NCBI GenBank assembly: GCA_040954595.2
Contig: CM082577.2
Location: 13,771,903 to 13,835,902 of the forward strand
Length of the DNA stretch: 64,000 nt
Source of the DNA: Balanoglossus misakiensis
Taxonomy: Eukaryota > Animalia > Hemichordata
Direction of reading: 5' to 3'
In this document: positions 25,479 to 37,599 of the stretch, in pieces
Numbering within the stretch: the first letter of the stretch is position 1
Layout of the letters: the number at the start of each line of letters is the position of its first letter
Position numbers and translations under genes: made by a program
Notes under the pieces: model-generated
Seen by the model: only the letters and a program-made list of their open reading frames with translations
Databases searched by the model: none
What the model was told of the DNA's origin: nothing

Positions 25479-27959
25479 TGTCTCGCACACAGTAGTCTGT
25501 TACAGATAAAAATATTACCAATTATTTTTTGGCATATTCTGTAATTCGTGTATATGCGGCCCGGTCAGAGTTTCAGGTACTCGGCTTTTGTATTGTAGTT
25601 TTGAGGGCGTTTTTAGGCCCACCTTTGTAGGAGATTCTATATTTACCTATTTTACAGTGTTTATTGTAATGTTAATTTTACTCGCCAGTTGACCTTTGAC
25701 CTGTACCTCCGTTGTTGAGGCAACTGGCGAGGAATTTTTCATCATTTTTATACATTGGTAACTTTGCAATAAAGTGTCAAGGTCACTTGGCCAACTTTTC
25801 TCCACTTCCGGTTATGTCGTGTTTTTGTATCTCCCACAGACAGAGTAAAATGACCAGTACAGGTCTAGTTTGATGCCGGGATATAAAATATAATTGATTC
25901 TTCAGTAAACATCCATAAACGTTACATTTCATTCGTTCTTTCGAAAAGTGACCGCGAAACAGAGGCGTTCAGAGTGTCATGTTATTGACTATTTTATTTC
26001 GGAGACCGTGGGATGGATCGATGACCAGGACTGACTATTATTGCAGATTAACACAACTATTTATTCAGAGTATATACACGACTGTGCCTGCAGTCCGCTA
26101 TGAAAACAGCAAGAGAGCGAGAGTAACTATAGGGTTTCATACACTGGAAATCAAAGCGAGGGCGCTATAGCAAAGATAGCTAACACAGGGTGATAACACA
26201 ACACAGAGTAGCGATGAAGGATGCAGCGAGGCAGGTGCAGACTTTGTGTCGGTCTATCAGGAAATACTATTCAGGCGATGTGGCATCTATGAACACCCAA
26301 TCAGTATCCGACCTGTACAAGTACGTCGACACACAGATGTCCTGTCTCCCTTCTGCAGATAGTTGAACGCGTCCGTGGGTCTGGCGGGGTAGAACACGTT
26401 CTCGGGTGATGTCTAGGTGGTGATGGTTGTTCCCAGAGCCCCATATTCAACGTCAAATTGATGTCATGACACAAATTTCGAGACCGTGGCAGAATTATGT
26501 TAGCTCTGTCTCTGGCCCGGATGCTTGTTCTGTGTGTGTGGCAGTGTGTTTGTGCGTGCTCACATTCAAGAGTGCAAACAAGCAGAGTTGTAATAGTTCA
26601 CTGTTTGACCATCCTCTCTTTTTGTAAGGAGAAGAAATAGCATTGAAGCATTCTCTGTTTTTCTTCCCCTTCTGTTTACAGTGAAATATTCTGTAGTTAA
26701 ATACCGCCCCCTGTGGCCAGCTCATCCGATATCTGAATCGAACCAAGCTTCACATTGCGAAAGTTGGCTGTGGTTTAACAACTGAAGTCTATACTTTTGT
26801 CAGCTGTTCTCATCTGAAGGGCCCCACTTGCGTGGAGAATGCAATGTGCTTATAATAATGTAAATCAATCTGTGGTTTAATGATCCCGGGCTGAACTAAG
26901 GTCGCCAATACTTTTGACACAAGCAGCTAATTTGAATGGATACATAAACCAGAAATTATAATAACATGCGCATTTTGGTAGCAGTGTTTCGGGCGATTAA
27001 AATTTTCTGCGTTACAAAGCTCAGAATGGGAACTTGCTGGTCGGTTTCTGTTCTCTGGATCCGTTAGTCTAAAGCCGTTCCATGCAATCACGGAGACATG
27101 TCGTAGCCGATCGTTTTACAAGGACGGAGTAGCATACATTTCACTTCCACGCGCACGATAAACATTCTCTACATAGATTACATATACAACAATGGGCGTA
27201 TTGTATGGCACCTTTTGTTTTTTTTTGTTTGATATGAGAAAGTGTCTATATATCTTTGACTTCTTGAAACGTGCTTGCATGAGCAAAGATATCGTCAGCG
27301 TATATGGCTCGAAATCCTCGGGATAGAGGGCGCCCTTGAATGTAACATACCGGACAAAACCAAAGGAACACCTCGATCGAATGCCTCTCAAAAACATGTT
27401 TATTATTACATGTTTTATATTTTTGTTTCAGTGCCGTGAAACATTGCGCTCATTTTATTTACAATTTAACTAAACCGAATCGTAACTTTTTTGTGGACAA
27501 ATTCTATACACATTTTAATAAACTATGGGGTCACCAGCTTTTTTATAACGCCACAACGTTGTACACTAACCCCTTAGAATTCTGAAATGGAAAAAAATCA
27601 AGAAACATTCGCTCTTCCAATCATTCTGTGGGCTTATGCAAATAGTACACCGATATTCCAATTGTTAATGGTTGAACATTGTATTGATGATATTCGTCAA
27701 TGGATGATTGAAAATCGTTTGATTTTAAATGATGTCAAGACAGAAGTGATCCATTTTCGTTCGAAATTTAAGAAATCTGTTGACCTGCCATTTCTCAGAG
27801 TAGGGAATACTGATGTTACCACGTCTAGATCCGTCCGCGATCTTGGTGTTTATTTAAACCGCTATGCAGATATGAGTTCTCACATTATCAAATTATGTCA
27901 GTCTGCGTCATTTGCTCTCCATAGAATTGGCCGTATTAGAAATGTTTTATATCGCTTAA

Positions 27960-28466
27960 AGGCACGTAAGCTGCAACTGGATAAAAAATTAAAGTTTTAA
28001 ATAATCTCATATATGCTTTTAATTATGTCTATTAAATGATATTTCATGATAATATATCAAGCTCAACACTTATTTATAAATGACAAAATTGCCAAAAATT
28101 AAAGAAAAACGAAAATTCCTTCAATTTTAAAAAAGTGCAATATTGCGATGAAAAATGAAAATCTGATGTCTCAGTGGTGAACATTTACTTCCATGAGCTC
28201 AAGTGGATGAGATCATGTTTTGTTTATGAAGTTTCACAACAGGAAATGCAACATTTTCATTGTTTCTTGCATTTTCCCACGGTGGCGGCCATATTCGCTT
28301 GTGGCAAAGCTTTATTATTTATCTGGTTAAAACTTGCATATGCACTCATATTTAGGGTTTATAATGCTTGTGTATAGTTCACTGCCTTCATCTGCATGGA
28401 CTAATGGTAGTTCCGTTTGAAACAAAAATTATGAAAATTATCCCAAAAGTTACAGCTTACGTGCCT
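27960..28466. mobile_element. Kolobok-type MITE nested in the LINE
   Basis: TIRs AGGCACGTAAGCTG...CAGCTTACGTGCCT with TTAA on both sides. Confidence 0.85.
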
Positions 28467-28509
28467 TTAAACACTGAAAGACTTGTGCACGCTTTCGTTA
28501 CATCACGAA

Positions 28510-29731
28510 CAATCTGATTAAAATCAGATGCAGGGAACGGCGACGTGGTTTTTTTATGCTGTCGCCTCACACTACATCTGACCAACTCTCAATGGAGATC
28601 TCGCTGAACTCTACGAGAATTACTGGGAATCTAATCCAATCCGAAGGCGCCTTATAGCAAACGATAGGCAACCCACAATCACATGACCTGGCCCATTGCG
28701 GTTGTTACCATGGAGCTACCACAGACATATATCCTGGGCGCGAGAGTCGAATCAGCGTGGGGAATGGTTTCGAGCCAGTTCAGGGTGCAGCGTGACGACT
28801 GAACCTCTATATTCCACTGGTCAACGAAATGTATAAGACGTGGCAACAAGTCGCAGTAAAATTGTTAGAGAATCGATTACATTTGTGTAAGGCCGTCCCA
28901 GGGAGAGATTCTGTCGCCACGATCGTTTGTATACACGAGAGTGCACTGACTTGACTAGCTCTGCGTGCAGGTCTGTGTGTTCCCGGCGTTACACGGACGT
29001 TAGAAGAAGTTAATCGCATCATATTTGGGGTCGGTTGAAGTAGACAGGGAAAGGATTTTGCTTCGATAAAATCGAATTTCGACAGAAAAAGCTGCGGTCG
29101 GGCGTCCGGGTCCGGACCGCAGACGCACTAGTTTTGTCTATGGGGCCTTATGCAGGGCTGTGGTGCGTCGGGAACACACAGACCTGAACGCGGAGCTATG
29201 ACTTGACATTCCTTAGCCGAAGTTAGCGTTCTTTTTAAAAATCTGTCACATAAATTGTTTTGGGATACATGGCAGTGAAATTTGGTTTATTTTTTATAAA
29301 CTTTTACATGAAGTACGTCATTTTCCCGACTGGCAGCATGACTACGAGGGCGAACATGACTTGTTAGGAGAGTTTATAAATGATCAACGACAGTTCATCA
29401 TTTGTATATGGCTACAGCTCGACGTTTCCACTGCTCTGCGAAAACCACTCGCATACGATGACGCCAAACAAAGAATGATACCATGGGACTACATGTAATT
29501 GTTCACAAGAGAAAGCCAATCTTTCGTATTCTGTGCGATACTCGAAGTCAACAACAACATTTCTCCCATCTCCCAGTGCAATTCTTTAGTCGGCATAACA
29601 CGCAATCTGATTGGCCGGGTCGGAACGCGAGAGTTCAGCGGGATCTCCATTGAGAGTTGGTCAGATGTAGTGTGAGGCGACAGCATAAAAAACCACGTCG
29701 CCGTTCCCTACATCTGATTTTAATCAGATTG
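28510..29731. mobile_element. Non-autonomous long-TIR element with 9-bp TSD (AcademH-like or MuDR-like)
   Basis: About 90-bp TIRs CAATCTGATTAAAATCAGATG...CATCTGATTTTAATCAGATTG; TSD catcacgaa / catcacgca. Confidence 0.85.
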
Positions 29732-32700
29732 CATCACGCATAGATTACTGCAGCAATTTGCTGTTTGGTATTGAAGATAAGCACCTTTATAAAGTCCAGT
29801 TACTTCAAAATTCTGCTGCACGTCTCGTCAAACGCACAAAAATGCATGAGCATATCACATCGGTGAAACGGGAGCTACACTAACTGCCTATCCATGCTAG
29901 AATCAATTTCAAAATTCTCCTTTTTGTCTATAAAATTTTGCACAACCAAGCTCCTGCCTATCTGTCTGATCTGATCACAGTTCATGAACCTAAACGGTTG
30001 ACACGCTCAGCGTTCACACCAACTTTGGAGCCAGTGAACTGGGAGCAGAAACACTTTGGTTACCGTTCATTTTCTAATGCAGCGCCAACTCTTTGGAATG
30101 TCTTACCAAAAGAAATTAGATTGTCACCAACCGTTGCTTCGTTTAAGACGTCTCTCAAAACTTACCTTTTTAAGAAGTACATGACTTAGTCACAGTTTTG
30201 TTATTTTTAATAACATTTTTTATAAAGTATTAATGCCGAGTAGTTATTTTTGTTAATATGGTTACCTGTTTTATTTTGTTCTGTTCTGCTTTGTTTTGAT
30301 TTGATTTTTATTGTTTTGATTTGATTTGTTTTGTTTAAGTGTGTGTGAGCCAGGCATGTTCCCACAAGTACCAGTTTACTTCTTTTGCTTTTTTGTTTCG
30401 TGTCTCCATTACTTTTTGTTCTTCTCCCTATTGTATCCCAAAATGAAAAATGTTCTGGTGGACAGCGAGTCATTCTTACAAACCATTGATATTGTTGTCA
30501 AATACATTCATGTCTAGACTTGAATTTTAATCAATTACAATGAGAGACCATGTTGAGGAGGGTGTGCGTTTAATCCTGCGATGAGGAGCTAAACAAGAAA
30601 CCATGCGTTATATACAGAAAGAAGAAGGAAAAAACAACATTTACAGATAGTGGGGCTTACTATTATTGTGTGCTCCTGGTGAACGTCACCGTGTTAGAAC
30701 GAGTGCATGGGCATATTTTTTATCATGAAATGACGGGGGAGGGGTGGGGGGGGGTAAAACATATGCTACTCCTCCAGCTTCCTGTGCCTCAGATCATCAA
30801 GAACTTGTGTCAGTGGCTTTTCATGACGAGAACTATTTTCCATATGAAACATTGCATTCATTTTATTTACAACTTAGCTATTAAACTGGATCATAACGTT
30901 TTGGTTGGACAAATTCTATACAAATTTGATTTATCACTCATGTCTTCTTATTTGAATCTACAGAGAGTTAACACTGTTGCAAACTGAAATGTATACTTTA
31001 CATTACTTTTATCAATACCTTGTCGATTTGTTTAGAATTTTACTCAAGAAAATTTATAATTTAAAAATTTAATTTCGATAAAATATGGGGTCACCATCTT
31101 ATTTATGACGCCACAATGATGTACACTAACCCCTTTAAAATTCAGAAATGAAAAAAAAATCAAGAAACATGCGCTCTTCCAATCACACAGTGGGCTTATG
31201 CAAATAGTATACCGATATTCAAATATTTAATATTTAATTAACGATCGTTTAATCATCAATAACAACGTTCTTTTTTGTGTAAAACTTTTCCTACACGGTC
31301 ACACAATGCAGTGTGGAATGAATGTGGTTCACTTCACCTTAATGATAATTTCGGTCAAATTTTCGGTATCTTTTTTTTTTAGCAAAACCGATCCCGTACA
31401 GCGACGAAACTGGGATCAGCGAACAAGCAATATATATGTCTTAACCGCCGTCAATCATAGCAATAGTCTAGTATCTGGCCGTATTTTGGCAGCTTTGTTT
31501 CAAAATGCGGCTAGGTACTAGAGTAGACGAAACGGTACTCTCCAGCCAGGTCGACAAACATTTGCAAAATTCTAAAAACATGGAGCACTTTTCCAAATGT
31601 AAACAATACACCAATGTAAAATCATTTTGGGAGTCAGGCGAACTTGGCAATATTTTGGCACAATCCCTCTGTAATCTTGCTTGGTATTTTTCATAGCAAA
31701 ATCTTAATGCCGATAGGCTAGGATTAATTCACTGCTCCGAAAGTTTACGTGTCATAAAACTCGATCTATAGGGGTTAAAATCCAACACACGCTATGTATG
31801 ATAGTTACGACACCTTGCATTCACACAAATTTGAGCCGGATATCTCAAAGTGTTAACGCATAAACATCGACAAAAATGTTTTTGTTGCGTTTGAAAGAGT
31901 TATGCAATGTTATGCAGTTTGGCCGATTTTGCATGAAAACAGAAAACCGGCAATGACATTGGTTTTACAGGCATGAGGTGGGCGTGAGAAACGTATACTG
32001 GTGGTCAAGGACATTCACTTGTGGGGACCACAGGCATTAGGCGGTGCGGGGGGGGGGGGGTATGCACGTAGATGATGCTACCCTACAACGGCTTGTTACA
32101 GTTCTCAACCCGGGAACAAATAGCATCGTCCAAATATCCAATAAAAACGGGAAACTCAGCAGAGACTTGTAGCATTTCGGCAGAAACTTTGACAAGAATC
32201 GAGGTATGTATCTATCTTCTGTATACATTACTTACTTTACTTATATTCATTCTCTTGAATGTCCATGCATGCATGATTGCTACACATGTATATGTACATG
32301 TATGTATTGAATAGTGTGAGATTGCTGGATTGCCAGAATAGATATTTAGCAGCTGCTGAGCTAGATACTTCATATCTCTATTACGCGTGATATTTAGCAG
32401 CTATTCAGCTATCTAAACTATTTGAGGAGAGTGAATAAAGGCACGCATGGAGGTAATAGTAAGGATTAGTGAGAGAAACAGCAAATTGGAATAGGTAAGA
32501 GTTTCCAACATGAAGGTGTTACTGAACTTGTTGTAAATACTTCCAGTTGACAGGGTCAATCACCTTTTCGTAGTCGACAAAATGCGCACCAACCCCTGGT
32601 TGTTGCCGACGGCCATGTCTCTCGGTACGGGGTTTGGTGGGTTGTCGATATAAACCTCTCTGTTTCCATTCTCGAATACTGAAAACTGTCATCGCTGTCC

Positions 32701-33087
32701 TTTGACTTCACAATTGACTGTTAAAGTTCGGCATGGCATGCCAATACCTAAAACACTTCAAATCATTTGCAGATATAAGAAAGATAAACATTCCAATAGA
32801 ATCAGTGTTCTCCCCAGAGCAGTTACAGAGCTGTCATGACATCATTTTGGTGCTTTGTACGGGCTGCAAATTATCATATTTTCTTTATTTTTCATTGACG
32901 TTTGGTTTTAGCGAAATAGGGACATGCTATGTCATGACTTGATTCATTAACATAATAAACATTAATAGTATTGTTATGTGAATAATGTTTTGTGATTTAA
33001 TTATAAATTAAACAATCGATTACTTTTCTTTCTACACGTGCACAGCTTGAACATTGTCGACTTGGGACTTTTAATTTGCCAGACAAG

Positions 33088-33567
33088 ATGAACAAGACAT
33101 TGACTTTACTTCTCTGCGTGGGTTTAGTGGTGTCTCTTCTCACTTCCGACGTAGAGGGCTGGAGAAGGCGAATAGGCGCTAACCGCGGTGACATACCCGG
33201 TAAACCGGACTTTGAGACTGAAGTCGCGAAGGAAATCCTGTAAGACTCTTTGTCTGATGTGGCGTGGTGTAGCGTGGTGTGGTGTGGTGTGGTGTGGTGT
33301 GGCGTGGTTTGATGTGGTGTGGTGCTGTGTGGTGTGGTGTGGTGTGGTGTGGTGTGGTACAATGTGTTGTTCTGTATTCTACAGTATTGCGTTGTTTTGC
33401 GCTGGTTTTTAATGAGTAGTTTGTTTTGTACTGGAAGGTAAGTGTTCTTTAATTTCGACCTTGTTTTTAACAGGGAAGAATTAGAAGAAGAAATTCAGGA
33501 GAGGGAAGTGGAGAATGAACTAAGGGAGAAAATAATGACGCTGGAAGAAATCTTGGACGAGGAATAA
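33088..33567 (+). CDS. Small secreted peptide precursor, copy 2 (81 aa)
   Basis: join(33088-33239,33474-33567): MNKTLTLLLCVGLVVSLLTSDVEG|WRRRIGANRGDIPGKPDFETEVAKEILEELEEEIQEREVENELREKIMTLEEILDEE*. Confidence 0.8.
33257..33360. repeat. (GTGTG)n pentanucleotide repeat in the peptide-gene intron (shorter copy at ~25187-25240)
   Basis: Direct inspection. Confidence 0.9.
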
Positions 33568-33906
33568 CAAAGGCCAAGTGTCGGATGAAACCACGCATCA
33601 TCTCTTCCCATTGCGTATCAAAGTTTTCCCTGTCTTTACACAGGCTTTATTACGAAAATAAAACATAATCATTTCATACCACATTTTACCTTGTTTTAAT
33701 ACTTTTAATGAAGCAAAACAAAAGACATTAGACGAAGGAATCACAGTACGAGAATAGAAGATAAAGACCAAAACAAAAAACACAACGCTACGGAGTTGAA
33801 ATCCGTTTAACAGGTCCATTTTTAACGCAATACAATATTCAAGTTTTCTTATCGTACTAACCATTTTCGTGTAGTTGCGTAATATAAGTCTCTAAGGGTT
33901 TGTTAA

Positions 33907-35478
33907 GATGGGTCCCCCGGATCTTTTTGCCCGTTGCTATGGGCCTTTGTAGGACATTACACCCCGATTTGGACTAAGCCGTTTTCAGAGTCTAACAAGG
34001 GGCTGGTAATTAGTTGAAAATCTGCACGATTGTGAGCGCGCGCCCCCTGACGCCATTGATATGCAAATTAGCTAGGTCAAATTTCAAAAGCCTAAGGCTT
34101 TTTATTCCGTGACCTCAAAAACGAACTTGATACGTATTCATTAGTTGCTTGAACCAGGGAAGATCGTGACGGATTTTGTTTTCGAATATTATTGTTGTAT
34201 CCTACGATTTCAGCATACCCGTACCACACCTGAAAAAGTCATCGATTTTGGGTGTTTTTGGACGCCCTCTTCCACCGGTATCGCTTCTTAGCACGACGAA
34301 AACCGAAAAAACGATCCGTCACACTGTGCGGAAGTGCGTTCTCAACAAGCAGGTCAAATTTGGCTGGCCTACGTCGCCTGTGAAAAAAGCCTTAGGGATT
34401 TTCGTGAACGGTACAAAATCTCTGTGTATAAGGCTGCATTCACAAACACCTCTGGAGGGGGGGGACGGGAGAATTGAGGGGGGGGGATTTGAAAAAATTG
34501 AGGGTATGTAAGGGGGGGATTTGAAATAATTTAGGGACTGAAAGGGGGGACTTGAAAACTTTGACGACTAAATATTTATTTTGAGTCCACAAAAATGCAG
34601 TTTCGCGCCCTTTATTTTACAAAATTTTCTAATGTGGGAGGGGGACACCCCCTCCCACACCCACCCCTTCCATTCATCAACACCTTTCAATCATTGACTG
34701 GTTTATCTAGTGTCCCAGGTCAGGGGACTTGCCCCCACCCCATGATAACTTTAGAGCGGCAACGGTTAAATTTGTCCTCCCCAACATTATTACCGGTAGT
34801 TGAGTTAATTTGCTTTTGCCGGGCTCTGTATTTTATAAAATTTTCTTACGTGAGAGGGGGACACCCCCTCCCAAACTAACCCCCTTCAATTCTCGGTTTA
34901 CAGTGTCTCCCAACACAGAATACAAATACTTAAAAAATAAAAACAATGTTCAGTTTTAATACCCACTGATGAGGGGAAACATCAGTTTCAAATTCTTTTC
35001 ATGGGAGGGCTGTTTTTCTTTTTTACAAGATATGATGTGTTTTGCTCTGTGAAAGAAAATGGGGGGGGGGGGGGTTCAAAATTTTGGCAGTTCCGAAGGG
35101 GGGGATTTGAAAATATTTCGGGTTGTATAGGGGGGCATGTGAAAATTAGCAGTAAAAAAATTGAATTCTCCCGCCCCCCCTCCAGAGGTGTTTGTGAATG
35201 CAGCCTAAAACATTGGATTTTTAGCGTTCCATCCAGTTACTGTGGTTACAGAACGCGCACGCTATCGCTGACCGCTGCTTTGCCGTATTAGCGTGGCGGC
35301 CTATGGCCGGGCGGTAGCTGCCGTAACCATACTCGGACAGGGGGTGTGAACACAATCATGCGTATTTTTAACTACTTACAAGCCCCTTGTCGGACGTTCA
35401 TAACGGTTGCGATCAAAATTGAGTGTAGTGTCCTATAAAGGCCTATAGCAACGGGCAAAAAGATCCGGGGGACCCATC
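33907..35478. mobile_element. Kolobok-type non-autonomous element (TTAA TSD) with a nested MITE
   Basis: TIRs GATGGGTCCCCCGGATCTTTTTGCCCGTTGCTAT...ATAGCAACGGGCAAAAAGATCCGGGGGACCCATC; TTAA at 33903-33906 and 35479-35482. Confidence 0.85.
34432..35205. mobile_element. PIF/Harbinger-type MITE (TAA TSD)
   Basis: TIRs GGCTGCATTCACAAACACCTCTGGAGGGG...CCCCTCCAGAGGTGTTTGTGAATGCAGCC flanked by TAA; partial copies end near 54508 and 58022. Confidence 0.82.
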
Positions 35479-35624
35479 TTAAATGAGTAACATATATATT
35501 TTGACAAGAATAAGTAGATGTTCCGAAAGTGCGTGCCCAAATATAATTGACATAGCATTAAGTTGTACATCAATGTTTAAGTCATCAAATAAATACATAG
35601 TAACTTTGCTCCAAAAGACTTGAA

Positions 35625-35984
35625 AGGGACAAAGTCTCTCTCTCGCTGCCCATTTTAAATTAATTATGTTTAATACATTACACCGTTTATGTTAATGTAC
35701 ATGTGTACATGTATATGTAGTGAATCAACGTTCAAACGCACACGTTCCATCCCGCTTGTAGACACACGAGTGAAAAAATACTCGCCAAAATGAATAAACG
35801 GTCTCTACCATTTATTCAGTTTGGGCGAGTTTTTACTCTCATACATGTATCATACAAGCGGCATGAACGTTGTGTGAGGTTGAACGTTCATTCACTACAT
35901 ATACACATGTACATTAACACAAACGGTTTCTTGTATCAGACATAATTAATGGGAAAAGGGCTGCGAGAGAGAGACTTTGTCCCT
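35625..35984. mobile_element. Kolobok-type MITE family B (copy at 46220-46469)
   Basis: TIRs AGGGACAAAGTCTCTCTCTCGC...GCGAGAGAGAGACTTTGTCCCT; TTAA on the right, and on both sides in the 46220 copy. Confidence 0.75.
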
Positions 35985-36864
35985 TTAACGACTGAGCTTC
36001 TTTAAAACCGTGTTCGTATAGATATTTCTGTGAAGAAGATTAAATTGATATAATTAATATTTTGACATTTACATGTGTGTCTTCGCACATTCCCCTATGT
36101 CCAGTCACACAAATTTATGAAAATGCACGATCAACGGCTTGCTTAAAATTGTCACAACAAACTGGTCAGTTGACATCCATCAATTTAATACTCTCAACAT
36201 AGACACAAATCAACAAAATAACAAAATGGCCGACCGGCCGGCGGTCATACTGATCATATCGTGATACAAATTGACATGTACATATATATATGTACGACAT
36301 AGTACATCGCCCTTATGTCAAATTTCAGTGAAATCAGCTAATCTGTGTAGTTGCTGTGGACACGAAAAAAAGTAAAAAAGTGTCCTGCCGACGGCCATAC
36401 TGGATCATATTTCGACACAAATCGATAGGCATGTGCTCATTGTGAATGAATGAACAATTTTCTCGAACAAGAAACAACTATATGTCTGTGCAATCTGTCC
36501 GTATTCGTCGACGCTCGTGTTATAGGTTCTGTGTATGCAAAGGCCAGACAAACATTGATATTCAGGGAGGACAGATTGCACACATAGTTCGCTCTGTAAT
36601 CTGTGTCATCATTATTCCCTTTGCAGTTTTGTGTTCAAGTATAGACGGAAAGATTTACACACATCAAAATTTAGACAACATTGTTGCGATACTTTACGTC
36701 GGGAAACTTGGAATATTATCATTGTTACTGAAGTTATGACAGTTGAACTTATACAAGAGATCACCGAATTTATTGCAAGCTTAATCGGGCACATTGGTCA
36801 CTTACTGATATTTTCTTTAAACAAATTAAATAATGTAGCTGACCAGTGAACCAATTATATTTAA

Positions 36865-37188
36865 AGCCGACGATCGTCTAATGCGCATGTGCGTAATTTC
36901 GTGTGTATAGACACCAATCCAAATATTCTGCAAATTTTGCGTTCGGCGCATTTAAATAGTGAACTGCCTTCGCTTTCTCCCATATTTCATGTGTGCCGTA
37001 TAAGTAGACTTTAGTTTTGTCTCCTCTTTTCACCCAATTTGTTGTCGTTTCCCGATCTCCGATACAGACTCTGGTCGCCGACATATTGTCTGTTGTTAGG
37101 ACAGAACACTGTCTCATTGCATTGATACAATTTTTTAAACCAGAGTCTCTGGTTTTTTGGCACATGCGCAAAAGACGTTCGTCGCCCC
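36865..37188 (-). mobile_element. TTAA-flanked Kolobok-type deletion derivative
   Basis: Imperfect TIRs agccgacgatcgtc / gacgttcgtcgcccc; TTAA on both sides. Confidence 0.5.
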
Positions 37189-37238
37189 TTAAAGTATTAA
37201 ATCAACGTTCCTTACAATTAAAATTAGAAACAAATTAA

Positions 37239-37583
37239 AGCCTCCAGAGCTGCCACTTTTGCCTTATTTTCATGATTTTATTTTCCAACTTATGGTTCAT
37301 CTAAATAAGCTTACTGATAGGTATACATGAACACCCTACCGATGCCCGATGGTAACTACATGTTGCAATTTGAACACGCTATGTATATTAAAACGGTGCC
37401 GCACCGATCTAATCATGATCAGCCTCCATACAAACAGTACGCAGCTATCGTGGTATGTGTCGCCAAAAGATGACAACTTGGTGCCAATGCAAGTAATATG
37501 GCTTAAATTTTAGAGGATAATGGAATATATTTGAAGTATTTTTCTGTGGAAAAAATATTTGAAAGTTGGCGGCTATAGGGGCT
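37239..37583. mobile_element. Kolobok-type MITE family C in the receptor 3' UTR (copy at 47852-48199)
   Basis: Termini agcctccagagctgcca...ggcggctataggggct, TTAA TSD; second copy lies in receptor intron 2. Confidence 0.78.
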
Positions 37584-37599
37584 TTAATGAAAACCGTGC

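Larger units (their letters stand above)
27660..30189 (+). mobile_element. L2/CR1-type LINE 3' ORF2 fragment interrupted by two DNA elements
   Basis: WMIENRLILNDVKTEVI...VRDLGV (27660-27955), TERLVHAFVTSR (28471-28509), IDYC...QNSAARLV...LPI...RSFSNAAPTLWN.LP...FKTSLKTYLF* (29732-30189). The frame is restored when both insertions and one TSD copy each are removed. Confidence 0.88.

Noticed and set aside
25975-26143. Possible solo LTR (TG...CA; similar start again near 26462)
   Set aside because: No TSD, PBS or PPT could be identified.
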